DNA from: Chrysomallon squamiferum
Lineage: Eukaryota; Animalia; Mollusca
DNA: 64,000 nucleotides
Assembly (NCBI GenBank): GCA_012295275.1
Contig: CM022675.1
Span: 7,936,001-8,000,000, forward strand
Direction: 5' to 3'
The translations under genes and the position numbers were made by a program. The notes beneath the pieces were generated by a model. That model was not told the origin of the DNA. It was given only the letters and a program-made list of their open reading frames with translations, and ran no database searches. Shown piece after piece: positions 46,273 through 63,059 of the stretch (positions are counted from its first letter, which is position 1; each line of letters opens with the position of its first letter).

Positions 46273-46587
46273 CGGAAATATTCAGTCCCAGCATTATTTA
46301 GTAGCTTGACTTACATAATCAGTAAATTCTCATATATCTGATGGTTCTAACCTACAACAAACCAGCCGACAAAGAGAATCGATCGAGCGACCCTTGACAC
46401 AGAGTTAGACCTTTATTCAGCCGTAACCATTTGTTTAACAAAACGTATTGTTCGCGAGCTGCAGGTTGGAACAGATTTCATTATTCACTAAACGACTTGC
46501 AAGTGGCTGTTAAAATACGCAAATGTTTGCAGACAATGGACAAAACGGGATAATCTCACCTAGGGATAAATTAGATTAAGACTGGAT

Positions 46588-47606
46588 ATTGGTTTCTGGC
46601 ACCTGTCTTTTGATTAGTTTCACCTGCTCACCATTAACGTGTTCTCCAGAGAACACTTAATTTGGTTAGTGGTTGCCAGTTAGTAACGGGTTTGCGAGTT
46701 TTTCTCTGTGGGTGGTGATACAAAATTGTTTTGTTTGTGAAATGCTTTGTTTTGTTTTCCCGAGGTGTTGTGAAACTCAGTGATGACGTGTGTGAGTTCA
46801 TGCGAACTGGAGGAGTGAGTAGGGACTGGTGTGAGTAGGTGTGAGCCAATACCGTTTTTATTATTTTGTTTTTTTTTGATTATGACGTTTAGAGCTTTCA
46901 GTATAAGTTCCCTTGAACAGTACAAAATTAGACAAAAGTCAAGCTGTTTTAGACTTTAATTTTCTTAACAACGTCTGTTATTTCTTATATATCGTTTCCT
47001 AGAATTATTGTTCTACAGAAAATTCCTTATGAAGTTTACTTTGACATAAAGTAAATATTTATAGTTCCACGGAAAGCGAAAATTCAACCATTATTTAAAA
47101 CCATTATTTGGTTTTTGACTATGACGTCATAAAGTGAAAACTACAGTCGTCATATAAAACGTAATTTCGGCAATGACGTTTATTGTGTTTGAGTCATCGA
47201 CGTCACACAGTGAATATTTATTGTTCCATACAAAGAGAAAAGCACCGCAATTGTATATATATATATATATATAAAAAATGTGTTTTGGGTATTGGCTTCT
47301 GTCGCTTTGAATCTACGACCTGATAAATGACAAGGTTATCTTGCCGTGAACTTTTCGTTTAAAATCTCTCTCGCCGATTCGATACAAGGGAATCAGCTTT
47401 GCTGTGAAATGACATGAAATGACGTATTAACGTAGTTTGAACGAATGGATTTGACACTGAATTCGTGGATGTAAAAAAAAATGTTTCGCCTTTATCACGA
47501 AACGCCAAATCTCGCCCAATAACCACCTGACAGAAATACTAGAAACTGATTTATACAAATATGTAATAATAAAAAGTAAACGTAAAAGAGATAGTAGGCC
47601 AATAAT

Positions 47607-47610
<4 letters not shown>
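46588..47610 (-). repeat. Left arm of a ~1 kb inverted duplication; candidate promoter + first exon (ATG|GTGAGC at 46634-46626)
   Basis: Reverse complement of 52230-53116 over most of its length. Contains the CRE palindrome TGACGTCA (47122-47129), CCAAT (47516-47520) and a minus-strand donor. Confidence 0.9.
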
Positions 47611-47661
<51 letters not shown>

Positions 47662-47756
47662 TTGGAAATGAGGTGTCACGAAGACTGGATTTGACACTTC
47701 TTCTTCTTCATATTATTAATAGGTTGTTACGAAGACTGGATTTGATTATTTCTTCA

Positions 47757-47801
<45 letters not shown>

Positions 47802-48163
47802 AAAATTAAAATAAATAAACAATTACAACAACAACAACTATACTAAACAAAGAAAACGACAGCAACACCGATGACGATGATAATGATGACGATACTACTT
47901 TTCTTAATACAAATTTGAATCTTGATGATGATGCATTCATTGCTACTGTTGTTCTAATCATTGTTGTTGTTCTTATTATTATTACTATTCTTATTGTTGT
48001 TCATGATGTTGTTTGTGTTTTTGCTGTTGAAGCTGCTTCTGTTATTGTTTTTCTTCTTCTTCTTCTTCTTTTTTCTTATTATTCAGCACTTAAATGGCGC
48101 TTCACTCTAAATAAGCCTTTAATACTGTTCCTAATTTTAAAGACGATTTAGTCAAATTTTACC

Positions 48164-48208
<45 letters not shown>

Positions 48209-48557
48209 CTTTTTTTTTTTTTTTTTCTTCTTTAAAATTGAAAAATTACAACATGGTCTGTGATTTGCAGCAATCTGACTTCAAGTGGATTCAGGTTAAT
48301 TATATCAGCAGGAAAACGTGCTGGTATTTTGCAATCACGAAACGCTTGTGGGTGAATATCGTAAACGTTGTAATTTTTTTTTTTACCAAATTGGACTACT
48401 TTGCATTTTTATGACCTTCTCGTTCTTGAGAAAGTCACGTGATTGAAACGAATCAGGGAAAAAAAAAATGATAAAAAGAATTGTTGGTTTAAGAAAAATA
48501 ATATTAAAAATTCGTTTTTTTTTTCTTTCTCTGACTGAGTATCTCATTGATTCTACG

Positions 48558-48741
<184 letters not shown>

Positions 48742-49436
48742 CACACATCAGATAATACTTATAAAATATCAGGCATATCTCATAAAATAAAATAACATAA
48801 AACAACTGACTATTTTTCGTCGTCGTTGTTGTTGTTGTTGTTCTTCTTCCTCTTCTTCTTCTCTTCTTCTGGTTTCTCATTTTGGTGGTGACGTTATTTT
48901 TATTGTGAATTTGTTATTATTGTTGTTATTCGTCGTCATTATCATCTTTTCTGGTTGTTGTTGTTGTTATTTTTAACTTTAAAAAAAAAGGCCAAAAATT
49001 CCATTAATTTATTTTGAAACAGACTCCATGCCACAAGTGTCCAAGAATTTTCCATATCGTTAATATTAAAGTATTCTGAAGTGTCGTCAAATGAATATTC
49101 ATTAATTTACCAGTTATCTCAAACACTAACACTACATTATCTTATCACTTCTTAGAGTCACACAAACCAAACTAGTCGTTCCCATTTGGTCACTGTATAA
49201 ATAACTTAATTAAAATATGATTTACATTGTTTTTGTTTTATTCAATAAATAAGCAGTAAGAAATAGGCCAGAGACGATTATTTATTTATTTATTTATTTA
49301 TTTATGTATTTATTTAATAGGCAAAGTAAAAAGGTTGACAGAGACAACATTTGGAGGTGTTGGAAACTGAAATATTTTGTAAAAAAAATCAAACAACGTA
49401 AAAAAAAAAGAAGATGAAATTGACTGCATATATTTG

Positions 49437-49520
<84 letters not shown>

Positions 49521-49872
49521 ACATATGTATCTATCTATTTATGTATATATATATATATATATTTATCTGTCTATCTATCTCTATCTATCTGTATCTATGT
49601 ATTTGTCTATCTATCTATCTATCTTTCTAGCTATTTATCTATCTGTTTATATATATATACACACACACAGATATATCATGCTATATCTTACTTTATCTCT
49701 TATTGAATAATACTGGGAATTCTTATATAAACAGTCATTATTGATTGTGAACGCTTGATAAAACAATCTGTCGCAGTTGAGACAGTGTTATTACAGCCTG
49801 AAAGCTTTACTCGCTTTAATTAATTAGCTTCATAACTATGGATGAGAGAAATAGAGAGAAAGTAAGAGTGTG

Positions 49873-49974
<102 letters not shown>

Positions 49975-50053
49975 ACACACACACACATAATTAATCGGAG
50001 AAGAACTTGCATATATGTGTAAAGAGGAGTATATATGTGTATGAAAGAATTTC

Positions 50054-50105
<52 letters not shown>

Positions 50106-51054
50106 GACAGTTGAAAAAAAAAGAGAAAAGAAAAAGGCAAATGAGATATTCAGAAAAATACATTTTACAGATGAAATACGTGCACATGAAGACAATCAAA
50201 CTCACACATATATATGAACTCTCTTATGCACACACAGATGGGCACAAACACAAAATACCCAGCGACACACATCTACATATAAACTCACACACACAGACAC
50301 ACGCATACACACAAATGTAACAAAAAATTACCATTTTAACTAAGATATAAAACACACATATAGATGCAGATAAAGACATACATACATACATACATACATA
50401 CATACATACATACATACATACATACATACATACATACATACATACATACATACATACATACATACATACATACATACATACATACATACATACATACATA
50501 CATACATAAATACACACATACACACATACAGACAGACAGACAGACAGAGATAAATATCTCGGTAACACAGAAGGACATACACACACCGTTCTTAACTGCG
50601 TTTTGATATAAATGTCTTTCTCCTACAGCACGTTTTGCCAATCATGTCCAAACAGAAGTAATTTTATTACTGTCCCCAGAAAGAGTCGTTCCCATACTTA
50701 GTTAAATGAAGCATCACTCAGCCATTTGTATAAACGTGCAGTGATTCCGGAGATAAACAAAACAGAAATGTACTTCGTCTAACCGTACGTTCGTCCCTGT
50801 CTTAATCCTGTGTCTCGCTCTATCTTTGTCTCTCTTCATCTCTCTGTCTCTCTCTGTGTGTGTCTATCTCTTCATCTGTCTGACTTCTATCTCTCTCATT
50901 TCTGTGTTTCTCTTTCTCTGTATTTTATCTCTTCATTTCTGTGTTTCTTTTTTTGTCTCTGTATTTCTCTTTTATTATATATTATATGTGTGTGTGTGTG
51001 TATGTGTGTGTCTGTTCTCTTTGTCTTATCGCTATGTCCATCTGGGTGTGTGTT

Positions 51055-51144
<90 letters not shown>

Positions 51145-51992
51145 AATAGCCTTCTGTGCAGAAGAAAGAAAGAAATAACGAATAATACAGACAAACAAAA
51201 TAAACTATTGAATAACTGAACAAACAAATATGAAAACTAAATAGCCTTCTGTGCATTACGAAACTACTTCAAGAAACCCAAGCACAGAAATCTCGTTCTT
51301 TCGCCGTAAATCAAATACGAACAAACTCACTGTACGACACATCTAATATTATTTAAGGGCTATTCGCATAGCGTAATTTATTTATTTATATACTTATATA
51401 TAGCAACACAGACAAAAGTTCCATTAACTGCTATGAGGAAAACACATACATAACGGTACATAATAGTTAATGGGGCTCTTCTGCTAAATAAAATTAATGT
51501 ATGATGTTTCTGATTCGATCTGTTATTCTTCTTTATTTGGCAAAAACAAGATCATTTCATTTCGTCTCCGTACCAATATATCAGAAAGCATCTAGAGATA
51601 TGTCTAAAAAGAAAATGAAATTTTTATTAATCTGTATAAACATTCTTCTAATCGAAGTCTGAGAGACACAGAAACGGTAGTAACGCATGACAGCACAATT
51701 TGCAATTCCGGTTTCCTTTCCCATTCATCAAATACGTCGATAGCGGAAATTTGAAGTAACAATCGTACTTTGCATCTGTCGCTTATCGCTTTGTTTGTTA
51801 AAACATATTCTTGAGCGCGGTACGAATACAAACTAGTACCGCTGTTACTATTACTATTACTACTACAACAACAACAACAACTACTGCTACTAGTACAACA
51901 ACAACAACAACTACTACTACAACAACTACTATTATCATTATTATTATTACTATTATTATTATCATTATTTTTACTTTAATTACCACTGCTCT

Positions 51993-52041
<49 letters not shown>

Positions 52042-52105
52042 GCTACCACTACCACTGTTCTGTACTATGACTACTATGGTACTAGTAATATTGTTATTAT
52101 CATGG

Positions 52106-52154
<49 letters not shown>

Positions 52155-52229
52155 TATTGTTATTGTTGTTGTTATCGGCGTAATTGTTACTACTACTACT
52201 ACTGCTGCTGCTGATATTATTATTAATAG

Positions 52230-53116
52230 CATTATTATTGGCCTGTTATCGCTTTTACATTTACTTTTTTATTATTACATATTTGAATAAATCAGTTTCT
52301 AGTATTTCTGTCAGGTGGTTATTGGGCGAGATTTGGCGTTTCGTGATAAAGGCGAAAAATTTTTTTTTACATCCACGAATTCAGTGTCAAATCCATTCAT
52401 TCAGGCCACGATAATACGTCATTTCTTGTCATTCACAGCAAAGCTGATTTCCTTGTATCGAATCGGCTAGAGAGATTTTAAACGAAAGGTTCACGGCAGA
52501 TCATCTTGTCATCTACGAGGTCGTAGATTGAAAGCGACAGAAGCCAATACTCAGAATACTTTTTTTTTTTTTTTTTTTTTTTATAACTGCAGTGCTTTTT
52601 CTCTTTGTGTGGAACAATAAATATTCATTTTAATGACGTCGTTGACTCAAACACAATAAACGTCATTTCCGGAGTTACGTTATATATGGGGGACTGTTTT
52701 TTTCTCTTTATGACGTCATAGTCAAAAACCATAGACGTCACGATTGAAATAATGGCTGAATTTTACGCAGTCTGTGGAATAGTAAATATTTACTTCATGT
52801 GAAAAACTTCCTATATGTTGGCAGACATCTTGACTTTTCCAAAGAGCAATATATATATAAAAACACACATTCATATACACATTTTTACTCATTAAATTCA
52901 CACGAACTCACACACGTCATCACTGAGTTTCACAACACCTCGAGAAAACAAACAAAGCATTTCACAAATAAAACAATTTTGTATCACCACACACAGAGAG
53001 AAAAACTCGCAAACCCGTTACTAACTGGCAACCACTAACCAAATTAAGTGTTCTCTGGAGTACACGTCAATGGTGAGCAGGTGAAGCTAATTAAAAGACA
53101 GGTGCCAGAAACCAAT
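52230..53116 (+). repeat. Right arm of the inverted duplication; candidate promoter + first exon (ATG 53070-53072 | GTGAGC)
   Basis: Matches the left arm in inverted orientation, with an internal deletion/replacement around 52800-52900. ATTGG at 52321, TGACGTCA at 52711, TATATAAAAA at ~52854. Confidence 0.9.
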
Positions 53117-53193
53117 GTTTCTTTTGTTTTTATCATGCGTATTGTTTGTTGCTACTGTGATTATTATTATTAGTTTTTAAATATTTCTTGTTT

Positions 53194-53245
<52 letters not shown>

Positions 53246-53284
53246 TGATGATGATGATGATGATGATAATAATAATAATGATAT

Positions 53285-53315
<31 letters not shown>

Positions 53316-53442
53316 GATGATGATGATGACGATAATAATAATAATAACAACAATAATAATAATAATAAAACTAATAAAAACAATAATGATAATGAAGGAA
53401 TAAACAAAAAAAGGAAAAAACACAGAAAAAAATAGCAATAAA

Positions 53443-56600
<3,158 letters not shown>

Positions 56601-56849
56601 TTATAATTTTTTTATTGTTTTTTTTTGTTTTGTTTTTGTTTACACAAGAAAGTAATTCATGCGAATAATATCGACTGTTGCTGTTTATATTTATTTATTT
56701 AATTAACCTTTCCATATAAACGGATAAAAAAGAACATAAACTAATAAACTAATGATGACAATAATATAATAATAATAATAATAAGAAGAAGAAGAAGAAG
56801 AACAACAACAACAACAAGAAGAACAACAACAACAGAAGAACAAGAACTA

Positions 56850-56881
<32 letters not shown>

Positions 56882-57294
56882 GTAATAACAATAATAACAA
56901 TCATAACAAGAACAATAATAATAACAATAAGAACAACAATAATAGTAATAATAAAAGTAATAACGATAATAATAATAATGACAAGAACAACAATAGTAAT
57001 AATAACAGTAATAACAATAATACCGACAATAAAAAACATTGTCGACTTTAGAACGACAATAAAAATAATGACATCATCAACAGCTAAAACAAAAACACCA
57101 TTAAAAATACATCAGCTAAAGAAAACAAAAAAAAAAATATGAAAACAAAAAAAAAAAAAAGAAAGAAAGAAAAAAAAAAAAAACAAACAAACCACACAGA
57201 TATTCACAGACAGATAAAAAAAGCATTAGAAATAGATTCAACTACAACAAGAGTACAAAACTGTATTAAAAACATCACCATTAGCAACAACAGC

Positions 57295-57355
<61 letters not shown>

Positions 57356-57453
57356 GTAGTAGTAGTAGTAGTAGTAGTTGTAGTAGTAATAAAATAATAG
57401 TAATAATAACAGTAGTAGTAGTAGTCGTAATAGTTGTTGTAGTAGTTGTATTA

Positions 57454-57507
<54 letters not shown>

Positions 57508-58133
57508 ATGAATATATAAAAAAAAAAAAAAAAAATACAAATTCAGCAACAACACCACAAACGCTGTCAGGAGCAACAGAAACAACAACGACATTATCAT
57601 CGACAACAACGTCGCAAGAAAACATAACGAAGAACAACAGCAACAGCGACTCGAAAACGTGATCGATAGCGTCACCGACAATTTAACATCAACAACCGTT
57701 ACTACAACAACATTGTCAATACGAGCAACGGGACGTGTTAACTATTCATTTTACTTTGTGGCATTTAAACCTATGTGCTTAATTGAATCTTGCGAGTTTA
57801 ATTAAAAGATAACGGTACAGCACGTGCTAACATCTTCCTAGTTAATTTACCGCTATCTCCGATCAAGCGAAAAAATAATATGAATCGACATTCAGATCAA
57901 ATCAGCTTTAATTAATTATTTATCTCAGTTAGCTTTGTGGTGGTTGTTGACAACACGGAAATAAATTTAAAGCAATTGAACAACGCAGAACTGGTGTTAC
58001 CAGTTAGATTTTCGAAATTTAAAAATAAATTATCGAAATCTGACGCTAACATAAACTGCCTGGTTAAATACCGCAGATTACAACAGACGACCAATGCTGT
58101 CCAAGAAGAATAAATGTTATGCTTTTCATTTCC

Positions 58134-58309
<176 letters not shown>

Positions 58310-58372
58310 GAGACAGAAAGAGAGAGAGAGACAGAGAAAGAGAGAGAGAGAGAACAGAGAGAGAGAGAGAAA

Positions 58373-58466
<94 letters not shown>

Positions 58467-58520
58467 GACAGAGAGAGACAGAGAGAGAGAGACAGAAAGA
58501 GAGAGAGAGAGACAGAGAAA

Positions 58521-58676
<156 letters not shown>

Positions 58677-58874
58677 AATATGTCAATCTGTGACACAAAC
58701 TTCTCAGCTTTGTGAAAAATTATAACAGTGGGTGAAGCTGTCCAACTTTTCACTTTTCACCGATGACGAAAGCCTGGTTTTTAAGCTAAACAACTGTGCG
58801 TCGAAAATGCACGAGCACACACACAGACACACACACACGCACACACACACACAGCCACGACATAACATGACACA

Positions 58875-59228
58875 AATCCAAACGTACGCACACATCAAAG
58901 ATGAACACTGACATTAGTACAGAGAGACTTACTCGCAAAGAAAATTAGAGACAGACAGACAGACAAACGTACGCACACATCAAAGACGAACACAGACATT
59001 AGTACACAGACAGAGACTTACACGCAAAGAATATGAGAGATATACACACAGACAAACGTACACACATATCAAAGATGAACACAGACATTAATATACAGAG
59101 ACATACACGCAAAGAAAATGAGAGAATACAGACAGACAAACATACACAAAGACGAACACAGACATTAGTATACAGAGAGATTTACATCCAAACAAAATGA
59201 GAGACATACAGACAGACAAACGTACAGT
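58875..59228. repeat. ~85-bp minisatellite, ~4 copies
   Basis: CAAACGTACGCACACATCAAAGAYGAACACAGACATTAGTACAGAGAGACTTAC.CGCAAAGAAAAT recurs. Confidence 0.85.
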
Positions 59229-59364
59229 ATTGAAAGAAAAAAACACACCAAACAAACAACAACAACAACACATGATCAGGTGACCTGAGAGGGCAATGAA
59301 CAATGCTGTTGTTAACAAACTTATTTCACTACGTGCGTATTAATTAACAGAACATGCAGAAACG

Positions 59365-59965
59365 CATCAAACTGTGGGACAGTGTAAATGAATTTGCGCA
59401 CGTGCTGCAAACAGACGCGCGTGGGTGAAGGCCAAACCCCGCGGGCTACGGGACGGGGCGTGTAGTACTAGAGGCAGCAGGGAGTAAATTGAAAGAGCTC
59501 ATCAATTCAGAAGACGATAAAATTGTTAATAACGTAAAGACGATGTGACGTCAGTTAATTCATAAATGTATGTATGTACGTATATTTGTGTGTGTGTGTG
59601 TGCGCGCGGGTGTGTGTGTGTGTGTGTGTGTGTGTGTACAGAGATATACACACACAGAGGCTTACAAACAAAGAAACTGAAAGAGAAAATGACACTTGAT
59701 TGGTTCCGCTTAGAATGAAATGACTAATAAAACTGTATTACAATATATATATAAATTTATATATTAATTAATTAATTAAAAGAAAACCCAGACCCACATC
59801 AAACTGCGGGAAAAATAAAGCGAGTTTACAGCACGTGCTGCTCGTGGGTGAAGGCTGAAGGACCCCGGGGGACGGGAGAAGCGTGGAGTCGTAGGAGGGT
59901 GCAAATTGAAAAAGGCTGATCAGTTCAGAAGATTAGACTGTTAACAGCTTAAAGATAACGTCAAG
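59365..59965. repeat. Diverged duplicated GC-rich ~170-190-bp module (59365-59553 and 59797-59963)
   Basis: Shared CATCAAACTG.GGGA...GCACGTGCTGC...CGTGGGTGAAGGC...AAATTGAAA...TTCAGAAGA...TGTTAA...ACGTCA. Confidence 0.8.
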
Positions 59966-60065
59966 TAATGTACGCGTGTTTGTATGTCTGTGCGTGTTTG
60001 TATATGTACAGCGTATGTATGTGTGTATGTATGTATGTATGTATGTATGTATGTATGTATATATG

Positions 60066-60098
<33 letters not shown>

Positions 60099-60797
60099 TT
60101 GTATGTATGTATGTATGTATGAATCTCTGTATGTATGTATGTATGTATGTATGTATGAATCTGTATGTATGTATGTATGTATGTTTGTATGTATGTATAT
60201 ATGTATGTATGTATGTATATATATATGTATGTATATATGAATGTATATATGTATCTATGTATGTATGTATATATGTACGTATGTATGTATATATGTATGT
60301 ATGTATGTATATATGTACGTATGTATGTATGTATGTATGTATGTATGTACGTATCTACGTAATTGTTTATTTATATTTGTATTATGTAGGTACGTATGTA
60401 CGTGCGTGTGTGTATGTGTTTGTATAGTTACGTATTTCTCTGAATCATTCATTGGTTGGTTTCAAATAAATAGAACAAGGATAATGGAGAAAAATGAAAT
60501 TCCTAACTTTTGAAATGACTATTCTAAGTATTTGTTCAAGTTCTTGATTTTATGTTTCCAAACATTGCTTCATAAATGTTGCCTTAAAGGTCTCATGTCA
60601 AAATGCATCTGAATAATATATTCACGAAATCATACATACAAACATGCTCACGCCACATATACACGTACACGAAAACACATACATATTCATGTCCAAACGA
60701 ATACGCATAAACATGAAACATACATATGGACATATACAGACATCAACCCTAGTACGCACATACACACATACAGACATACAAAAACATGAACTGGCTC

Positions 60798-60894
<97 letters not shown>

Positions 60895-60954
60895 GTCTGT
60901 CTCTCTGTCTGTCTGTCTGCCCGTCTATCTGCCTGCCTGTCTGTCTGTCTGTAA

Positions 60955-61075
60955 TGACGACCAATCATAATGGAACTAATCTGCGCAAACCGTGATTTTC
61001 CTAACAGAAAATACAGACACGTGTAGTATAAACACACAGAGAGAAAGAGTCATCAGTCATTCGTCTAGAAAAACA
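60955..61075 (+). promoter_or_regulatory. Pol II core promoter and 5' UTR of the EGF/ShK gene
   Basis: CCAAT at 60961-60965, E-box CACGTG at 61018-61023, TATAAA at 61027-61032, and Inr-like TCAGTC at 61053-61058 with its A 28 nt after the TATA start. ATG follows at 61076. Confidence 0.75.
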
Positions 61076-61124
61076 ATGAACTGTCTACTTGTTATCGTAC
61101 TTTGCCTCGTGTACTTCTGTCAAG
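61076..61124 (+). CDS. Exon 1 of secreted EGF-like + ShK-like protein: signal peptide MNCLLVIVLCLVYFCQ(A)
   Basis: AAACA-ATG start context, hydrophobic signal-peptide core with a CQA cleavage motif after splicing, donor CAAG|GTAAGA, phase 1. Confidence 0.85.
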
Positions 61125-61419
61125 GTAAGAATTGAACAATATGTCTAAAGTAGTGAACATGCGTTTATATCCATACATATATAAATACATACGTTCATAA
61201 ATGCATACATACATACATACATACATACACACATAATACATGCATACTAACAAAATACAAACAAATATACATACATACATATATACGTACATGCATGCAT
61301 TCATTCATATATGCAAACACTGCTATAGAAAAACACGCAGAAAGACAAACACATATGTATATTACTATTATCATTGTGTTATTATTATTATTGTTGTTAT
61401 TGATTAGAATATGTCACAG

Positions 61420-61458
61420 CTGACGATGTAGAGGAACCTGAAGGTGATCCTTGCCCAA
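61420..61458 (+). CDS. Exon 2 (39 nt): acidic linker (A)DDVEEPEGDPCP(R)
   Basis: Acceptor TGTCACAG|, donor |GTAAAA (weak), phase 1-1. It is an open, non-repetitive island that joins exons 1 and 3 in frame. Confidence 0.7.
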
Positions 61459-61498
61459 GTAAAATTTTAATTATTATTTTGTATTTATTTTCATTAAC

Positions 61499-61595
<97 letters not shown>

Positions 61596-61838
61596 TGTCT
61601 TTCTCAATCTCAATCTCTCTCTCTAGAATGTCCTCTCATTATTTTGTTTATATTTCCCTTTCTGTGCTTTCGTGTGTATATATGTACATGTGTGTAAAAA
61701 ATACATACATGCATACATACATACATTCATACATACATATATACATACATGTATGTATGCATGTCTTTATGTATCTATATAAATACACAGACACATACGC
61801 ATAATATATATATATGCACACATATACCTAGAAACAAG

Positions 61839-62340
61839 TATATTTAATAGTGTATGTACAATTCCTGTGTATTTTAACTGTTATACAAACAAGTGACTTT
61901 AATAATGTATGTAAAGTTTTCTACGTATTTTAAATGTTTTACAAACAAGTATTTTTAATAGAGTATTTACAGTTTTCTGAGTATTTTAAATGTTTTACAA
62001 ACAAGTATATTTAATAGATTATTTACAGTTTCTGAGTATTTTAAATGTTTTACAAATAAGTAATTTTAATAGAATATTTACATTTTTCTGAGTATTTTAT
62101 ATGTTTTACAGACAAGTATAATTAATAGTGTGTTTACAGTTTTCTGAGTATTTCAAATGTTTTACAAACAAGTATATTAAATAGTGTATTTACAGCGTTC
62201 TGAGTATTTCAAATGTTTTACAAACAAGTATATTTAATAGTATATTTACAGTTTTCTGAGTATTTTAAATGTTTTATAAACAGGTATATTTAATAGTGTA
62301 TTTACAGTTTTCTGTGTATTTTAAATGTTTTACAAAAAAG
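61839..62340 (+). repeat. 56-bp minisatellite, 9 copies, forming the 3' end of intron 2
   Basis: Unit TATATTTAATAGTGTATTTACAGTTTTCTGAGTATTTTAAATGTTTTACAAACAAG. The last copy ends exactly at the exon 3 acceptor AG. Confidence 0.93.
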
Positions 62341-62439
62341 GGTGTGATCCAGAAAGATGTAAGAATGGAGGAACAATGGATCCAAGCACTTGTGAATGTG
62401 CGTGCACAGAAGATAAATTAGGACCTAGCTGTCAGTACG
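62341..62439 (+). CDS. Exon 3 (99 nt): EGF-like module CDPERCKNGGTMDPSTCECACTEDKLGPSCQY
   Basis: Six Cys with CxNGG and CxC-x8-C EGF-type spacing. Acceptor TTTTACAAAAAAG|, donor TACG|GTATGT, phase 1-1. An in-frame TAA at 62322 bounds the exon upstream. Confidence 0.9.
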
Positions 62440-62850
62440 GTATGTTCTGAATTAAAACTATAATCACACACACACACGCACGGACACACGCTGACACACA
62501 GAGACAGAGACACGCATGTAAGTTTAGAGACAGATATGCATGAAATATTTATTACGTTATAAGTTATTTTTTTTCTGTTTCTTTTTTAAACCTTTAGTAC
62601 CGTCGATGTTATTAGCATCATTACGTTGTTGTTGTTGTTATTATTATTGTTATTGTTACTACTACTACAACAACAACAACTACTAGTACTTCTACAAAAA
62701 ATCTTTAGCCATTGAAAACGTTTTGCCTATCAGAAAGAAATGTGACTATTTCATTCTTCTGAAATTTAAACTGCACGACCATGCTAGTAGTAGTACACGT
62801 TGTTAGTGTGCACGTGAGTTGTTTGTAGTGTTTAAGCTTTCTTTTTGAAG

Positions 62851-62958
62851 ACTGCATCGATCAAGCTACGAACGTGGTCATCAACGACTGGATCTACCAG
62901 TGTGGGGATTGGCTGGTTCGAAAGAGATGTCAGTTGTCCTGTGGGTTATGTTTAGAGG
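62851..62958 (+). CDS. Exon 4 (108 nt): ShK-toxin-like (ShKT) module (D)CIDQATNVVINDWIYQCGDWLVRKRCQLSCGLCLE
   Basis: CID...YQC...CxxSCGxC pattern matches sea-anemone ShK (CID...FQC...CRKTCGTC). Acceptor CTTTCTTTTTGAAG|, donor GAGG|GTAAGT, phase 1-1. The gene continues past this exon. Confidence 0.88.
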
Positions 62959-63059
62959 GTAAGTTTATTTTATTTCCTATTGTTTTTCCTTGTTTGTTCG
63001 TGCGTTTGTTTGTTTATTTAATTATTCGTTTGTTTATTTAATTATTTATTTACTTATTC

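Noticed and set aside
62788-62819. Possible extra micro-exon ending at donor-like GTGAGT (62814)
   Set aside because: It would leave a 37-nt intron and break the phase-1 frame.
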